Shown here: positions 47,474 to 57,593 of the stretch, in pieces
Layout of the letters: the number at the start of each line of letters is the position of its first letter
Numbering within the stretch: position 1 is the stretch's first letter
IMG/VR virus record: IMGVR_UViG_3300027833_003138
Location: 64,001-128,000 of that record
Length of the DNA: 64,000 nt
Reading direction: 5' to 3' (one strand)
DNA from: a virus
Made by a program: the position numbers and the translations under genes
Notes under the pieces: generated by a model
Databases searched by the model: none
What the model saw: only the letters and a program-made list of their open reading frames with translations
What the model was told of the DNA's origin: nothing

Positions 47474-49371
47474 AAATTAAATTGTATTTTATCTTTACCG
47501 TTGTGCATGTAATTCAACATTCTTTGCGTCCCTATAAACGGAAGAAACGCTACTTCAAAAAAACCTTTATGATTTCCTTGCCCCTCCATTGATGGCAAAC
47601 TGTCCAGTCCCTTGCTATATGGTATCACTTTATGTATATATGGGTTGCCGTCTAGTATGTCGAAATACTCTGGTTTTGTTGCGAAGTAAATGTTGTAATC
47701 AGGGTAAGTTTCTTTGATGTTTTTTAATAGCGATGTGCATAAGTAGATATCTCCAATGCTTTGGGGCATAGATATCAAGAGCCTGCCTCCTTCGTCGTCT
47801 TTATCTAGAAGCTCTATAAAGTCTATTTTTTGATTTTTTTGATTATCTTGAGTCGCTACCTGTTTGAAGTATTTTAAGACATCCTCTCTTGGCATATTTT
47901 CAGATAGTCTTTTCATCCAATGCTTGTGTCCGTCGTCTGTGCTGTCTAGATCTATTTTTAGTATATTTTTGTATAAGTCTATAACCCATTCTGAGTTATC
48001 TTTAATATTTGGAGGTGTGTAGTCTGCATTTTTTTCTTCTACTTCAAAATTAAAATCCCAGTCAACCTCGGGCATTTCATCTATGATAGACTCCAGCTTC
48101 TTTCCGATGACCTCTATGCTATAATTATTTATTACAAATTCTCTCGATTTCTTGCCCACTTCTTTCACCTTGCTAGGCTTCATTTTGAGAACCTTCTTGA
48201 GTTGATTAGCTATGCTTTGGGGGTTAGTGCTTGCTTTTATAAATTGAGTGCCAGGCTCTCTGTATTCGGTCCAGCTAAGAGGCAAGCTTCCGCTTTCATC
48301 GGTACAACAATCTTCTCCACAGCTGTAATTCGTAACCAGGGTTATAAGCTCTGCTAGTTTAGCTTCCTGAATAGGTATTTCTTGCCCGCCGCTAGTAAAG
48401 GGGTGGCAATAAACATTCATTAAATTATATATCTCGTTTAACTGTTCTTCGGAGACCCCAGCTTTAGTGTTGGTTGTTACTTGAGATTTCTCTGCGCCGC
48501 AAAATCTACAATCCAGATCTTCTTCTTTATAAGCTTTTATTTCGTACTTTTTACAGTTCTTGCAAAAATAAGTCGTAACTACTTTTTCTGGGTCAATGCC
48601 TTTTTCTTTAATTAATCTAGGAATGTCCCAACCCTCTTTCCAGTGAGTATGTAATAATAGTTTAGTTTTAGATTCTGGGTTCTGATTGCAGAATATTTTA
48701 AATCCTTCAATTAAATTTGGAACGCTTTTTCTTAATTGGTTTCTAAAAACAAACCCCACTAAGAAGTCATCTTCTTTTATGTTTTGTTCTTTTCTTATTT
48801 TTAATCTATCTTCATCTTTAAGTTTGAAAAATTTAGATGTATCCAGAGCGCCATGTAAAGTTTTCACATGTTCGTGGCCAAGCCTGTTTAGTTCTTTAGA
48901 TGCGAATGACGCCCAGGAGTAATAGTTTTTTATTTTAGGGGCGAGCTTGACAGCTTCCGGTAGAATGGGTAAACTGTCTAGTGTTGTCCATATCATGCAG
49001 TTAATTTTGTTCCACCACTTCTTTTCTGTATATCCAGAAAAAGCCCAAATATCTTCTATACCTATATATATATCAGGCTTCTCTTCTTCTAGAAATTTAT
49101 CTATAGTTTGCCCTCCGTATCCAGCGCTTCTAGCTAAGCCGGGATCTTCATTTAGCTTGCGCAGCAGGGCTGGATTGTTTGGCAGTGAGCCTTGGCATTT
49201 CCATGGCAGGGTTGAAAGTATCGGGTCTCCCCATTTGATTCCGTTTGAGAATTCAACCAGTTCGTACTTTCCTGTTTTCTCTAAGTGGAGAAGTATATTT
49301 TTAGTATGCTTTCCGAAGCCAGTAAAAGCCTTGCAGTGATTGCTGTGTATTAATACCTTTTTCTTCTTCAT
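47464..49371 (-). CDS. GT4 glycosyltransferase with C-terminal GT9-like domain
   Basis: TGFG, RNQ.RK..P.L..GF, LNEIYN...V...P...G.EIP..EA; C-terminal SIGD......L...K..YP...NPYI. Confidence 0.8.
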   Translation of the reverse strand: MKKKKVLIHSNHCKAFTGFGKHTKNILLHLEKTGKYELVEFSNGIKWGDPILSTLPWKCQGSLPNNPALLRKLNEDPGLARSAGYGGQTIDKFLEEEKPDIYIGIEDIWAFSGYTEKKWWNKINCMIWTTLDSLPILPEAVKLAPKIKNYYSWASFASKELNRLGHEHVKTLHGALDTSKFFKLKDEDRLKIRKEQNIKEDDFLVGFVFRNQLRKSVPNLIEGFKIFCNQNPESKTKLLLHTHWKEGWDIPRLIKEKGIDPEKVVTTYFCKNCKKYEIKAYKEEDLDCRFCGAEKSQVTTNTKAGVSEEQLNEIYNLMNVYCHPFTSGGQEIPIQEAKLAELITLVTNYSCGEDCCTDESGSLPLSWTEYREPGTQFIKASTNPQSIANQLKKVLKMKPSKVKEVGKKSREFVINNYSIEVIGKKLESIIDEMPEVDWDFNFEVEEKNADYTPPNIKDNSEWVIDLYKNILKIDLDSTDDGHKHWMKRLSENMPREDVLKYFKQVATQDNQKNQKIDFIELLDKDDEGGRLLISMPQSIGDIYLCTSLLKNIKETYPDYNIYFATKPEYFDILDGNPYIHKVIPYSKGLDSLPSMEGQGNHKGFFEVAFLPFIGTQRMLNYMHNGKDKIQFNLCT

Positions 49372-49932
49372 TTAAAAAGGAGCTTCGTCATTGCCCGTGG
49401 GCTTTTTAGTTTCCTCTTGTTGGTCTTTTTTATATTTTTGTATGTTTTTGATTTCTTCTCTTCTTCTGTGGGAATACAATTCTTTGAGGTAGAATTTCAA
49501 AAACTGATCAAGATTTTCCACTTCTCCAGGCTCAATAGGTATTCTGAATGACTGATTTCCGTTTCTTGTGAAAGTTATGCCAAAGGCTGGTAGGGTAATA
49601 GAACCGTTCTGCGTTTTTTGCTGCTTATCCCACGGAACAAACTTGATGGACGTTTTGTTTTCTTCGTAGCTGTGGAACGCTGAATATTCGTAACGCTTGT
49701 TTAATGAGCTGATAATTCCGCCAATCTCAAATTCACTAAACTTTAGGTTTATGTTTTTGTCTGGATTGTCTTTATTTCCAGAAAAGTTTCCAGATCTTTT
49801 CTTGTCGTCCCAGCTGTATTGTTGTATTGCACTAACATAAACAACAGGTTCTTTGTTTCTGTTGACTCCGATTTTAAAATTAAATGCGCAGCCTGCGTTT
49901 TTACTGTTTGGTTTGTATAGTGATATGCTCAT
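49372..49932 (-). CDS. probable ssDNA-binding protein (Whirly/PC4-like)
   Basis: YKPN...G.A..F...K....EIG..I pattern and acidic EAPF C-terminus typical of SSB tails. Confidence 0.45.
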   Translation of the reverse strand: MSISLYKPNSKNAGCAFNFKIGVNRNKEPVVYVSAIQQYSWDDKKRSGNFSGNKDNPDKNINLKFSEFEIGGIISSLNKRYEYSAFHSYEENKTSIKFVPWDKQQKTQNGSITLPAFGITFTRNGNQSFRIPIEPGEVENLDQFLKFYLKELYSHRRREEIKNIQKYKKDQQEETKKPTGNDEAPF

Positions 49933-49980
49933 AATATATTATTGATTTTATAAGAGATACTATCCTGGAATCTTTTTTTC

Positions 49981-50865
49981 TCAACTATTAATTTTATCTA
50001 TATGATGGCACCAATCTTCTTCTGAGTATAGGTTGCTGTATTTTCTATAACTAGATGTCCATATGTGATTAGGTAAATGTTTTATTCTAATTATGTCAAA
50101 ATGTTTTTTCATTAATTCTGTGCAATTACTCTCTTTAATTTTGTCATACTTTTTATTGATAGGGTCCCAGTAGGTTTCTATTACGGCTTTACATAATAAT
50201 TGTTCTGGGAATCTTGAGACATTTTTAAACGAGCATAAGGATACAGCTCTCTCGAAAGCCGAGATCATTCGATCTTTCTGTCCAGCTACAATATGATCTG
50301 AAGGGTGGAATTTATTTTCCCTAGAGAATCTAAAATAAATGTTAGAGGTTATTATTTTAAACCAATTATAATTTTTTGTTTTTTCGTTTTTATTGTTGTG
50401 AGTATTGGATTTTAACATATGAACTAGAAGGTCTAGGTTTGGGAAGCTCTCATCTGACCTGACCTTTATACAAAAGAAACCTTTTGCGGCTTTAAGCCCA
50501 TTTAATGTAGTGAAGTGCTGGTATATCCATGGGGCTTGTGCGCCCGGTTTTTTTTGAAATTTTGGTAAGTCTGAGTATTTATTAATTACTATTTTTATTT
50601 TATCTTTATATTTGTCTAGTTTATTTACTTCGTCTTTATCCCAGCAGCTAACTATAACCTCTCCGTATTTTAAATAACTATCTATAGTATTGATTGATCT
50701 ATCGTTTATCGGCCCTTGTATTATTATTGATACAGAGTTTTCTAACTTTTCGAATCTTTTTAGTATTTTTTTTTGTAGGGATAGCTCAAAATTAGCAAAG
50801 CTAGATACGTACTTTAGCTCTTTCCCTGATTTGTCTTTTAATTGGTGCGGGTTCCAGTGATTCAT
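49981..50865 (-). CDS. WavE-like glycan modification protein
   Basis: SIIIQGP...E.I.S.W...Q..TT..GL...K.RSD...HPSD...G...PEQ. Confidence 0.7.
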   Translation of the reverse strand: MNHWNPHQLKDKSGKELKYVSSFANFELSLQKKILKRFEKLENSVSIIIQGPINDRSINTIDSYLKYGEVIVSCWDKDEVNKLDKYKDKIKIVINKYSDLPKFQKKPGAQAPWIYQHFTTLNGLKAAKGFFCIKVRSDESFPNLDLLVHMLKSNTHNNKNEKTKNYNWFKIITSNIYFRFSRENKFHPSDHIVAGQKDRMISAFERAVSLCSFKNVSRFPEQLLCKAVIETYWDPINKKYDKIKESNCTELMKKHFDIIRIKHLPNHIWTSSYRKYSNLYSEEDWCHHIDKINS

Positions 50866-51284
50866 TTTAAATAATCAGAACACAGCCCAAAGCAGGGCGG
50901 CCCTCCATAGTTTCTTGCGTCATCCACAACAAGAACACTTTTATTGCTAACTCTCTTTCCTGGATAAGTCCATACAAAGTTCTTAGAAGTTAATGTGAAA
51001 TCGTCTGATTCATGCCAAAAATAATTTAACACCTTAAATTCGCTTAATAAATCCATGGCTTCTAGGTTTTTACAATGAATCCATAAGTGTCTAAAATTCT
51101 GAATTAGGAATTTCATTGGACACGGATTTTCAGGATTGTCGTGACCAAGCCATAGCTGTTCTTTCGCCCAGACATCGATTTCAACGTCAAACCCCGAGTC
51201 TAGAGCTTCTTGTATGTAGCTTATTGAGTTTTCTCTTTTCTCGTTCGGACCTTCGGTATTGCCTCTATGGGAGATCAGTATCAT
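50862..51284 (-). CDS. glycerophosphodiester phosphodiesterase-like protein
   Basis: MILISHRGN..G...EN...DVEIDVW....LGHD...GLCSDY; start moved to 51284. Confidence 0.8.
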   Translation of the reverse strand: MILISHRGNTEGPNEKRENSISYIQEALDSGFDVEIDVWAKEQLWLGHDNPENPCPMKFLIQNFRHLWIHCKNLEAMDLLSEFKVLNYFWHESDDFTLTSKNFVWTYPGKRVSNKSVLVVDDARNYGGPPCFGLCSDYLK

Positions 51285-51642
51285 CCGTGAAATATTTATC
51301 CCCAATCACTGAGGGCGTTTTGATTACGCAGGTTATAGTATTATCTTCAAGCGGCATGAAATCTGTAGCCTCGTTTTTTTCTATTAAAATAATATCGTCT
51401 TTTTTGTAAATTTCTCCGTTCATTCTTGCTGAGCCCTGTATTATTATCGATAGCTCCTCAGCCTCTTTGTGGACATGCCTATCTTGGTACTCTCCTTTTT
51501 CGTAACTTTTTACGGAAACTTCAAACTCTTTGGTTTTAAATATAGTGGGCGCAAAATTTCCCGCAACCCAACCTCCTTTGAAGTTGTTTAGATTATATTT
51601 TTTCAAGATTTTTATTCGTTCGGGTTTGGAGTGTTTGCCCAT
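51265..51642 (-). CDS. cupin domain protein
   Basis: GW..GNF.P...FEV....Y..G....H.HK...E...I..G; start may be later. Confidence 0.8.
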   Translation of the reverse strand: MGKHSKPERIKILKKYNLNNFKGGWVAGNFAPTIFKTKEFEVSVKSYEKGEYQDRHVHKEAEELSIIIQGSARMNGEIYKKDDIILIEKNEATDFMPLEDNTITCVIKTPSVIGDKYFTDDTDLP

Positions 51643-53033
51643 AGGTCAGGATCCGAATCTTCTCTCCCTTGGTGTTCTAGAAAATACTTTAGGTCCTCTG
51701 GAGTTCCTAGTCCCCACATTTCCGGAATATCAAAGATTTTTATTTTTTTATTATCATTGATTGCTTCATTGTAGACCGGGCAAACGTAAAATTCATTGTT
51801 AACCCTTACGTCATTTTTTATCATCCGCTCTGCATATTTTACGTAATCCGAGCCTTTAGTCCAATAATAAATTCCTACCGTGGCTTTATCGCTGATTGGT
51901 TTCTTCTCTTGAACCTCCGAGACGAAACCGTTTTCATCTAGCTTTGCGTAACTCCATTTTGGGTGAGTTGAATAAAAGGTTAATATGCCCCCGTCAATAT
52001 TATCCCCCACCATCGAGTACATGAATTCATTACTATCCCATTCTACAAACTGATCTGAGTTTGCAATCAGCAAAGGCTCGTCGTTATCGATAAGGCTTTT
52101 GGCTAGTAGGGTTGTGCAGGCCGCACCTTCTGTTACTCCGTTAACCGTTACTATCTCACAATCGGGAGAGATCATTTCCAGGGTTTCTTTTAAACTGTAT
52201 TTGTGATAATGTTCTTCTTGAACTATAAATATATGTTTTGCCTCTATGTTCAAGTTTTCTGTAATTACTTGAATCATTGGTTTTCCCCTCACTTCAATCA
52301 AGGGCTTCGGGAATGTGAATCCAGCCTTTTGGAAGCGCGAGCCTGCTCCAGCCATTGGTATTAGTACGTTCATTTTTCCCCCTTGCCATTTTTGGTTAAT
52401 TTTTGAATTTGCATTTGCTTTGTCTATAGTATATTGTATTTTTGATAATTCGAGATCTTTTGCGTTTGTGACTCCGCATAAATGCGCGCCAGATAGCATT
52501 GCCGCCTTTCTTCCTATGTGAGAATCCTCCACGATGACACACTCTTTTGGTGCTAAACCAAGATTGATCATAGCCTTTAAGTACATTTCTGGGTTAGGCT
52601 TGGAATTTTTCACATCTTCGTTTGTTACATAAAATTCCACATACTCAATCAACCCTTTTCTAAGTAGTATCATTTTGGTTGTCTCTCTGATGGAGTTCGA
52701 GCAAACACACATCTTGAATCCCCTGCTTTTTAGGTTTTTAAATATTTTTATTTGTTCAGGGTCAGGTTTTAATTCTGCGTTTATAAAGTCTATGGTAAAT
52801 TCTTGCTTCCCTTTCCATACTTCTTTATGCATATCTTCAGGCAGACCTTTAAGCTCCGATAGCTTGTTTAGTTTTTTGGCGGTAGGCAGGCCGTCGTATG
52901 TAGATAAATGCTCCTCTCTTTTTATGGCGAATTTTGGATCCAAAGAACTTAGGGATTTATTTAGGCAGTGGTAATGCATATCTCTAGAGTCAACTAAAAC
53001 TCCGTCAAGATCAAATAGTATCGCCTTAATCAT
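51612..53033 (-). CDS. HAD phosphatase fused to BcbE-like nucleotidyltransferase
   Basis: FDLDGVL, CSNS, KPNPEMY, EDS..G (HAD); then LIPMAGAGSRF...PKPLI, TEGAACT, NSDQ, NEFYV.PVYN, LGTPEDL. Confidence 0.9.
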   Translation of the reverse strand: MIKAILFDLDGVLVDSRDMHYHCLNKSLSSLDPKFAIKREEHLSTYDGLPTAKKLNKLSELKGLPEDMHKEVWKGKQEFTIDFINAELKPDPEQIKIFKNLKSRGFKMCVCSNSIRETTKMILLRKGLIEYVEFYVTNEDVKNSKPNPEMYLKAMINLGLAPKECVIVEDSHIGRKAAMLSGAHLCGVTNAKDLELSKIQYTIDKANANSKINQKWQGGKMNVLIPMAGAGSRFQKAGFTFPKPLIEVRGKPMIQVITENLNIEAKHIFIVQEEHYHKYSLKETLEMISPDCEIVTVNGVTEGAACTTLLAKSLIDNDEPLLIANSDQFVEWDSNEFMYSMVGDNIDGGILTFYSTHPKWSYAKLDENGFVSEVQEKKPISDKATVGIYYWTKGSDYVKYAERMIKNDVRVNNEFYVCPVYNEAINDNKKIKIFDIPEMWGLGTPEDLKYFLEHQGREDSDPDLWANTPNPNE

Positions 53034-53846
53034 TTAAACAAGATAGTTCTTTCCCAAGAGCTCTTCTATATCTTTCTCGAAGTAGGGATATGTTATATAG
53101 CTTTTAGACAGTGTTTTGTTTCCGGCCCTGCTTATAGTCTCTGTTGTCCAGGGGTACGGATCGAACCCGTATTTATCAAGTATTAGTTTTAGTGATATAG
53201 AGTTATTTATAGTGTCCGAGTCGCTCCATTGTGTTCCGTCTATTTTTCTGACATCTGGGTCTACAAGGTACTTTCTGGAGCCTGTTTCGTCGTTTTTTAA
53301 TATTGGGTTTAATACCCTGTTGTGCCCAATGTCCTGTATCGATGATCCATCTTTGTTGTACATAACACACCTCCAGAAGAAATCCGCAGCCTGCCTGAAT
53401 AACCCACAAAACCTTTCGTCCCATAGTCCGGTTTTAATTATAGATTCCGGTAGATAAGAGTGGAATTGGTCCCCGTGTCCGTTTTGTATGAATGAATATT
53501 TTTTATGCAACTCTACGCATTTTGAGGCCCAATCTTTTTTGAATATAGAGTCGTCCTGACTGCAAACTACTATATCACAATCAGGATTTTTTAAAGACTT
53601 GAATCCACTAATGATGGCCTGATTCCAATTTCTCGAAAGGTGTCCGGTGGACCAATCGGGCCTCAGGTCATTGTTCATTACTGAAATTTTATCTTTAAAT
53701 TCTTCTGGTATTTTTAGAGTCGTGTGGTTGTTTATCAAAAAAACTTCGAAGTCAAAGTTATTTATATCGCTATTGAATAAAGATGGAAGGGTGGCCCGCA
53801 ACCTCTTTTCCCCTAGGTAGGTAACTATAAATATCTTTATCTTCAC
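53034..53846 (-). CDS. GT2-like glycosyltransferase
   Basis: IFIVTY...INNH...LSRNWN....QDD...GLWDERF. Confidence 0.75.
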   Translation of the reverse strand: MKIKIFIVTYLGEKRLRATLPSLFNSDINNFDFEVFLINNHTTLKIPEEFKDKISVMNNDLRPDWSTGHLSRNWNQAIISGFKSLKNPDCDIVVCSQDDSIFKKDWASKCVELHKKYSFIQNGHGDQFHSYLPESIIKTGLWDERFCGLFRQAADFFWRCVMYNKDGSSIQDIGHNRVLNPILKNDETGSRKYLVDPDVRKIDGTQWSDSDTINNSISLKLILDKYGFDPYPWTTETISRAGNKTLSKSYITYPYFEKDIEELLGKNYLV

Positions 53847-53849
53847 AGG

Positions 53850-54515
53850 TTAGCCGTTTCTTAGTTCATGTATCTCAAAATCTTCTGGAAGTTCATGCGT
53901 CTTTATGTGCCACCAGTCAACGGGGAATCCAAAGTCGGAGTATTCTTCCGGAATACCTGGGTGTTCATCTAGGCATGAGTCAAAAAAGAACGAGTCAGGC
54001 TTCTTTCCTGTATGTCTCCATATATTAAACATGAATGTGTTCACTGCAGAAACCACTCCGATATGTTCGTAGTCATGCCCCGCTATGACTCCTCCTTTTT
54101 TGATTTTTGGGTAAATAGCTTTAATTTCTTTCAGTAAATGATTAAATTCGTGGCTTGAGTCTAGGTAAACAAAGTCTAGCGGCTCATCTATCTCCTTGAG
54201 CTTATCGATAGAGTTTCCTTTCATAAACTCAACATTGTCTCTGTTTATTAGTGAGGTTCCAGGCTCTCTTGGGGGGTGGTTGACGTCAATTAGGTAAAGC
54301 TTACTTATATCTAGGTTTGTGTATATATTCTGAGAGTTCAGGCAACTTCCAATCCCCGACTCAACTCCAACCAGGTCTTTTTTTCCTTTTAGCGTCTCCA
54401 TTGAGGGTCGCAATTTGGTTAGGGTTTTATTTTCTTCCCATTTCCTGCTTGCTAGATATTTATTTACATCGTACCAGTTTCTTTGCAGATCTTCGCTTCC
54501 GTATGATTTGTTCAT
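53850..54515 (-). CDS. class I SAM-dependent methyltransferase (Methyltransf_24-like)
   Basis: GVE.G...YLID...DFVYLD.SH...K.GG.IAGHDY. Confidence 0.85.
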   Translation of the reverse strand: MNKSYGSEDLQRNWYDVNKYLASRKWEENKTLTKLRPSMETLKGKKDLVGVESGIGSCLNSQNIYTNLDISKLYLIDVNHPPREPGTSLINRDNVEFMKGNSIDKLKEIDEPLDFVYLDSSHEFNHLLKEIKAIYPKIKKGGVIAGHDYEHIGVVSAVNTFMFNIWRHTGKKPDSFFFDSCLDEHPGIPEEYSDFGFPVDWWHIKTHELPEDFEIHELRNG

Positions 54516-54538
54516 ACTGGATAGTATTTTTTAATTTA

Positions 54539-55429
54539 TTATTTTCTATTTAATATGAATTTTTCAAATAGTATTTTGTCACAATTTTCTATATTTACAT
54601 ATTGGTCCCAGAAGTTTATTGCGTTGTTCCTTATTTCCTTGTAGTTGTCATCGTCAATAGAGAGAAGCTCCACTGGGTCTACAGTTCTTCTAACACACAT
54701 AGAGTCCCAGCTGACCTCGTCCTGAAATGGGTAATCATTCATGCCTGAAACTATAGGAACTGTTCCCGACATCATTGATTGATAGAGCCTAAATGAACTA
54801 CTTCCCGCCCCTCTAGGGGCAAACGAAAACTTAGAAGCAGATAATCTTTTGCAGAAATTTTTATTTAATTTTATTCTTTCTTCTTTATCTTTTATATGCC
54901 AGATAGGTTTTGTTTTCTCTTTGTCGAACTTTGGTAGGTTGTAGTTGAGTATTTTATCTCTGCTTGCATATCCTGTTTGACCTGCAAAGCAGAAATTGTT
55001 TACTTTTTTAGAAGCTCTGCATTCTTTTATAAAAAAGATATCTTTAATCATTTCATGTTCGAAATGCCTCATGGTTAAGGGTATTGGTATTATTTTTCTG
55101 GCGGAATTTTCTGCGGAGCCCATTAATGGTTGACATATGAATTTAGTAGAAATATTATCTTTATAGGCGAAGCTTGGGTTGTCGTGCATCGCTAGGCAAA
55201 AACATTTGTCTCCGTACTTTTTGTATAAATCTGTATTTGATAGTCTACCGAAGTCTCTGTCGCATTCTAGGTAGTCTAGATATAATAATATAGCATCTGC
55301 TTCGTTATGTTTTTCTGTATAATCTATCCGATGTAAATTGTGAGAGAATGGCCTTCCTAGTATTGGGTCCCGGAGGGTCTCTTCGTTTCCGTTGATTACC
55401 GATACTTTTATTCTAGAATTCATATCCAT
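54539..55429 (-). CDS. exostosin-like (GT47) glycosyltransferase
   Basis: F.FAG......R...SKF.FAPRG.G.SSFRLY..M..G.VP.......PF...V.W. Confidence 0.8.
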   Translation of the reverse strand: MDMNSRIKVSVINGNEETLRDPILGRPFSHNLHRIDYTEKHNEADAILLYLDYLECDRDFGRLSNTDLYKKYGDKCFCLAMHDNPSFAYKDNISTKFICQPLMGSAENSARKIIPIPLTMRHFEHEMIKDIFFIKECRASKKVNNFCFAGQTGYASRDKILNYNLPKFDKEKTKPIWHIKDKEERIKLNKNFCKRLSASKFSFAPRGAGSSSFRLYQSMMSGTVPIVSGMNDYPFQDEVSWDSMCVRRTVDPVELLSIDDDNYKEIRNNAINFWDQYVNIENCDKILFEKFILNRK

Positions 55430-55955
55430 ATAGCTCTATATCTCTTGCGAAAGATTTCCTGACTATGTCTCTAGTCTCGTTGTCGTAATAATCTCTATAA
55501 TTTTTTTTATCCCTATCTCTTGATCTTGATTTTTTATTGGGGTCAACCTTGATGCCGCAAATATCCCGAAGGGAATTTAACCCTTTTTCTCTATTTTCGA
55601 ATTTGATAATTAAGTCCATTTCTTCATCGGCATAATCAGAGCACTGAAACCCGTGCTCCCAGGGGGCGGGTCTATAATGTTTCAAGAAAAATAACAAACT
55701 TTTTCCAGTTCTTATTCCGTAAGCTTCGTGGAAAACTTGGTGATAAAAAGATATAACTCTATCCCAGGGGTTCCTGACTATTGTAAACTTAAAATAATCA
55801 TCCCATTCTTTATTTAGGTGCTGCTTTATTTGGCTTGCCCTTAGGTGTTTTTGGTGATCTGGCACTAATTGGTCTTTTAGTATTTCATTCTCGATCGATG
55901 TCCCGCTAGTTCTGGGGGCATGAATGAATATTATTTTTTGTTCACTTAAAATCAT
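55413..55955 (-). CDS. sulfotransferase (Sulfotransfer_2-like)
   Basis: IFIHAPRTSGTSI (5'-PSB loop), F.IVRNPWDRVIS.Y (3'-PB), D...YGYEF C-terminus. Confidence 0.88.
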   Translation of the reverse strand: MILSEQKIIFIHAPRTSGTSIENEILKDQLVPDHQKHLRASQIKQHLNKEWDDYFKFTIVRNPWDRVISFYHQVFHEAYGIRTGKSLLFFLKHYRPAPWEHGFQCSDYADEEMDLIIKFENREKGLNSLRDICGIKVDPNKKSRSRDRDKKNYRDYYDNETRDIVRKSFARDIELYGYEF

Positions 55956-56637
55956 TTTTAAGTCTCATCCTAAAATTGGCTTCATCGTTTGCGGCGAATG
56001 TGTCGTTTTTTTCGTCAAGGCAATCTCTTGAATTATTATTGTCTTTATGAGACCAGTGTTTGTGCCTTATTATGATCTTGTCTATGTATTGACATTTATT
56101 TAGTTTTTGTGAAACTTTAGTAAATTCATTGTCGCAATAAAGGGTTATATAGGAAGGGTGATATATATATCCGAATCTGTCATAATATTTCTTTCCTAAG
56201 ATACAGAGTGTGTTTAGGTTTTGCCCTTGGTAGCCATCATTATACCAAAGAACTCCATCTGTATTTGGAAAGAATTTTTTCATATCATCAACTATTGTAG
56301 AATCATAACCAATGAGCTCTGGATGCATGTCGTCGCTTGCGAGTAGGCATACGTCAAAATCTTGATCTTTGGCTCCTGAATTTATTGCGCATATTTTTGT
56401 TGTGAAATTGCTAATTAGGTTATTTTTTACTATCCTATTTTCATTAAATATAATACTTACGTTTGGGAAGGAGTTTATTAAATCGATGGTTGTTTTTTGA
56501 TTCATTGATCTATCATCCTTATCACAGCTGATCACAAACCTAGTTTCTTTATGTGTCGATAGGTTTATATATGACTTTAATACCTCTATGCATTTATTTA
56601 ATCTATTTCTAGTGGGTAATACTATTAATAATTTCAT
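55942..56637 (-). CDS. GT2-like glycosyltransferase
   Basis: PTR.R...D.DD...K..AIN...ASDDM...FGYIYHP.Y...YCD.E...H.H. Confidence 0.8.
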   Translation of the reverse strand: MKLLIVLPTRNRLNKCIEVLKSYINLSTHKETRFVISCDKDDRSMNQKTTIDLINSFPNVSIIFNENRIVKNNLISNFTTKICAINSGAKDQDFDVCLLASDDMHPELIGYDSTIVDDMKKFFPNTDGVLWYNDGYQGQNLNTLCILGKKYYDRFGYIYHPSYITLYCDNEFTKVSQKLNKCQYIDKIIIRHKHWSHKDNNNSRDCLDEKNDTFAANDEANFRMRLKNDFK

Positions 56638-57593
56638 TATAATAAATTGTTTAAAAAATTATTTAATTTAAAATTTTGTTCTTCGTTGTTTATTATCTCT
56701 CTTATTTTTTTAGAGCAATTAAATTGAACTTCATTTCTGAACTCTTTATTTGATAGAAGGAAGTTTAACTGGGATATGTAATCTCCTAAGTCTCTAAATG
56801 TAAAGGCGGTTATTCCCAACTTGAGCCACTGTAGGTAACTCTTTCCTTCTGTCAGGGGCTCCCAGAAGAAAACGGGCCTACCTTTTGCCATGCTTTCTAT
56901 AACTGCGAAGCCATAACCCTCTAACCTCTTAATGTGTAGGGTTGCACAACTTTTATTCATTATGTCGGACGTTTCTGCTTTTGTCTTATCTTCACATAAT
57001 ATATAGTTTGCTACAGTTGATTTTGTTATTTTGTTATAACATTCAAAATCTTCGGGGAAATTATTTTTATAATCGCATATATAAGTACCTATAATGTCTG
57101 AATCGCTAGACCCTTCGTATGAAAACATATCATAATCTATCCAGGGTCTATAATGAAAGTAATGTTTATTATTTTTTTCACAAAGCTTTGCGGCAAGTTG
57201 ATCTGCGGGCATATAGTTTTGTATTATATCCCAAGGGTATGCGGTGTCCCAATAATCGTTCCCGCTGTAGAACGCTAATTTAGCACCCCACTTTTTGGCC
57301 TCTGGCCATAATACATTTAAAACTTCAAATTGATTTTCGAATGCGGTCACGAAGATAACCTCTGGCTTTATGTCAAATATTTCCTCCTTACTTGCGTAGA
57401 TTGTATTTTTTGCGAAGCCGTACTTTTGTGTGGACTCTTTAGTGTGGGATTCGTTCCATGCCCAGCGTTGAGGTGGAAATTCTGATATTCTGTAATCTTT
57501 TGATGGCACTACTAGCTGGTGTCCAAGACTCTCAACACTTAAGCTTAAATTTTTAGTTAAAGTTATATGTATGTCTGGAAAGAATATTTTCAT
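56637..57593 (-). CDS. GT4-like glycosyltransferase
   Basis: EGYG..V.E.MA.GRPV signature; start moved to ATG 57593 overlapping upstream stop. Confidence 0.75.
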   Translation of the reverse strand: MKIFFPDIHITLTKNLSLSVESLGHQLVVPSKDYRISEFPPQRWAWNESHTKESTQKYGFAKNTIYASKEEIFDIKPEVIFVTAFENQFEVLNVLWPEAKKWGAKLAFYSGNDYWDTAYPWDIIQNYMPADQLAAKLCEKNNKHYFHYRPWIDYDMFSYEGSSDSDIIGTYICDYKNNFPEDFECYNKITKSTVANYILCEDKTKAETSDIMNKSCATLHIKRLEGYGFAVIESMAKGRPVFFWEPLTEGKSYLQWLKLGITAFTFRDLGDYISQLNFLLSNKEFRNEVQFNCSKKIREIINNEEQNFKLNNFLNNLL

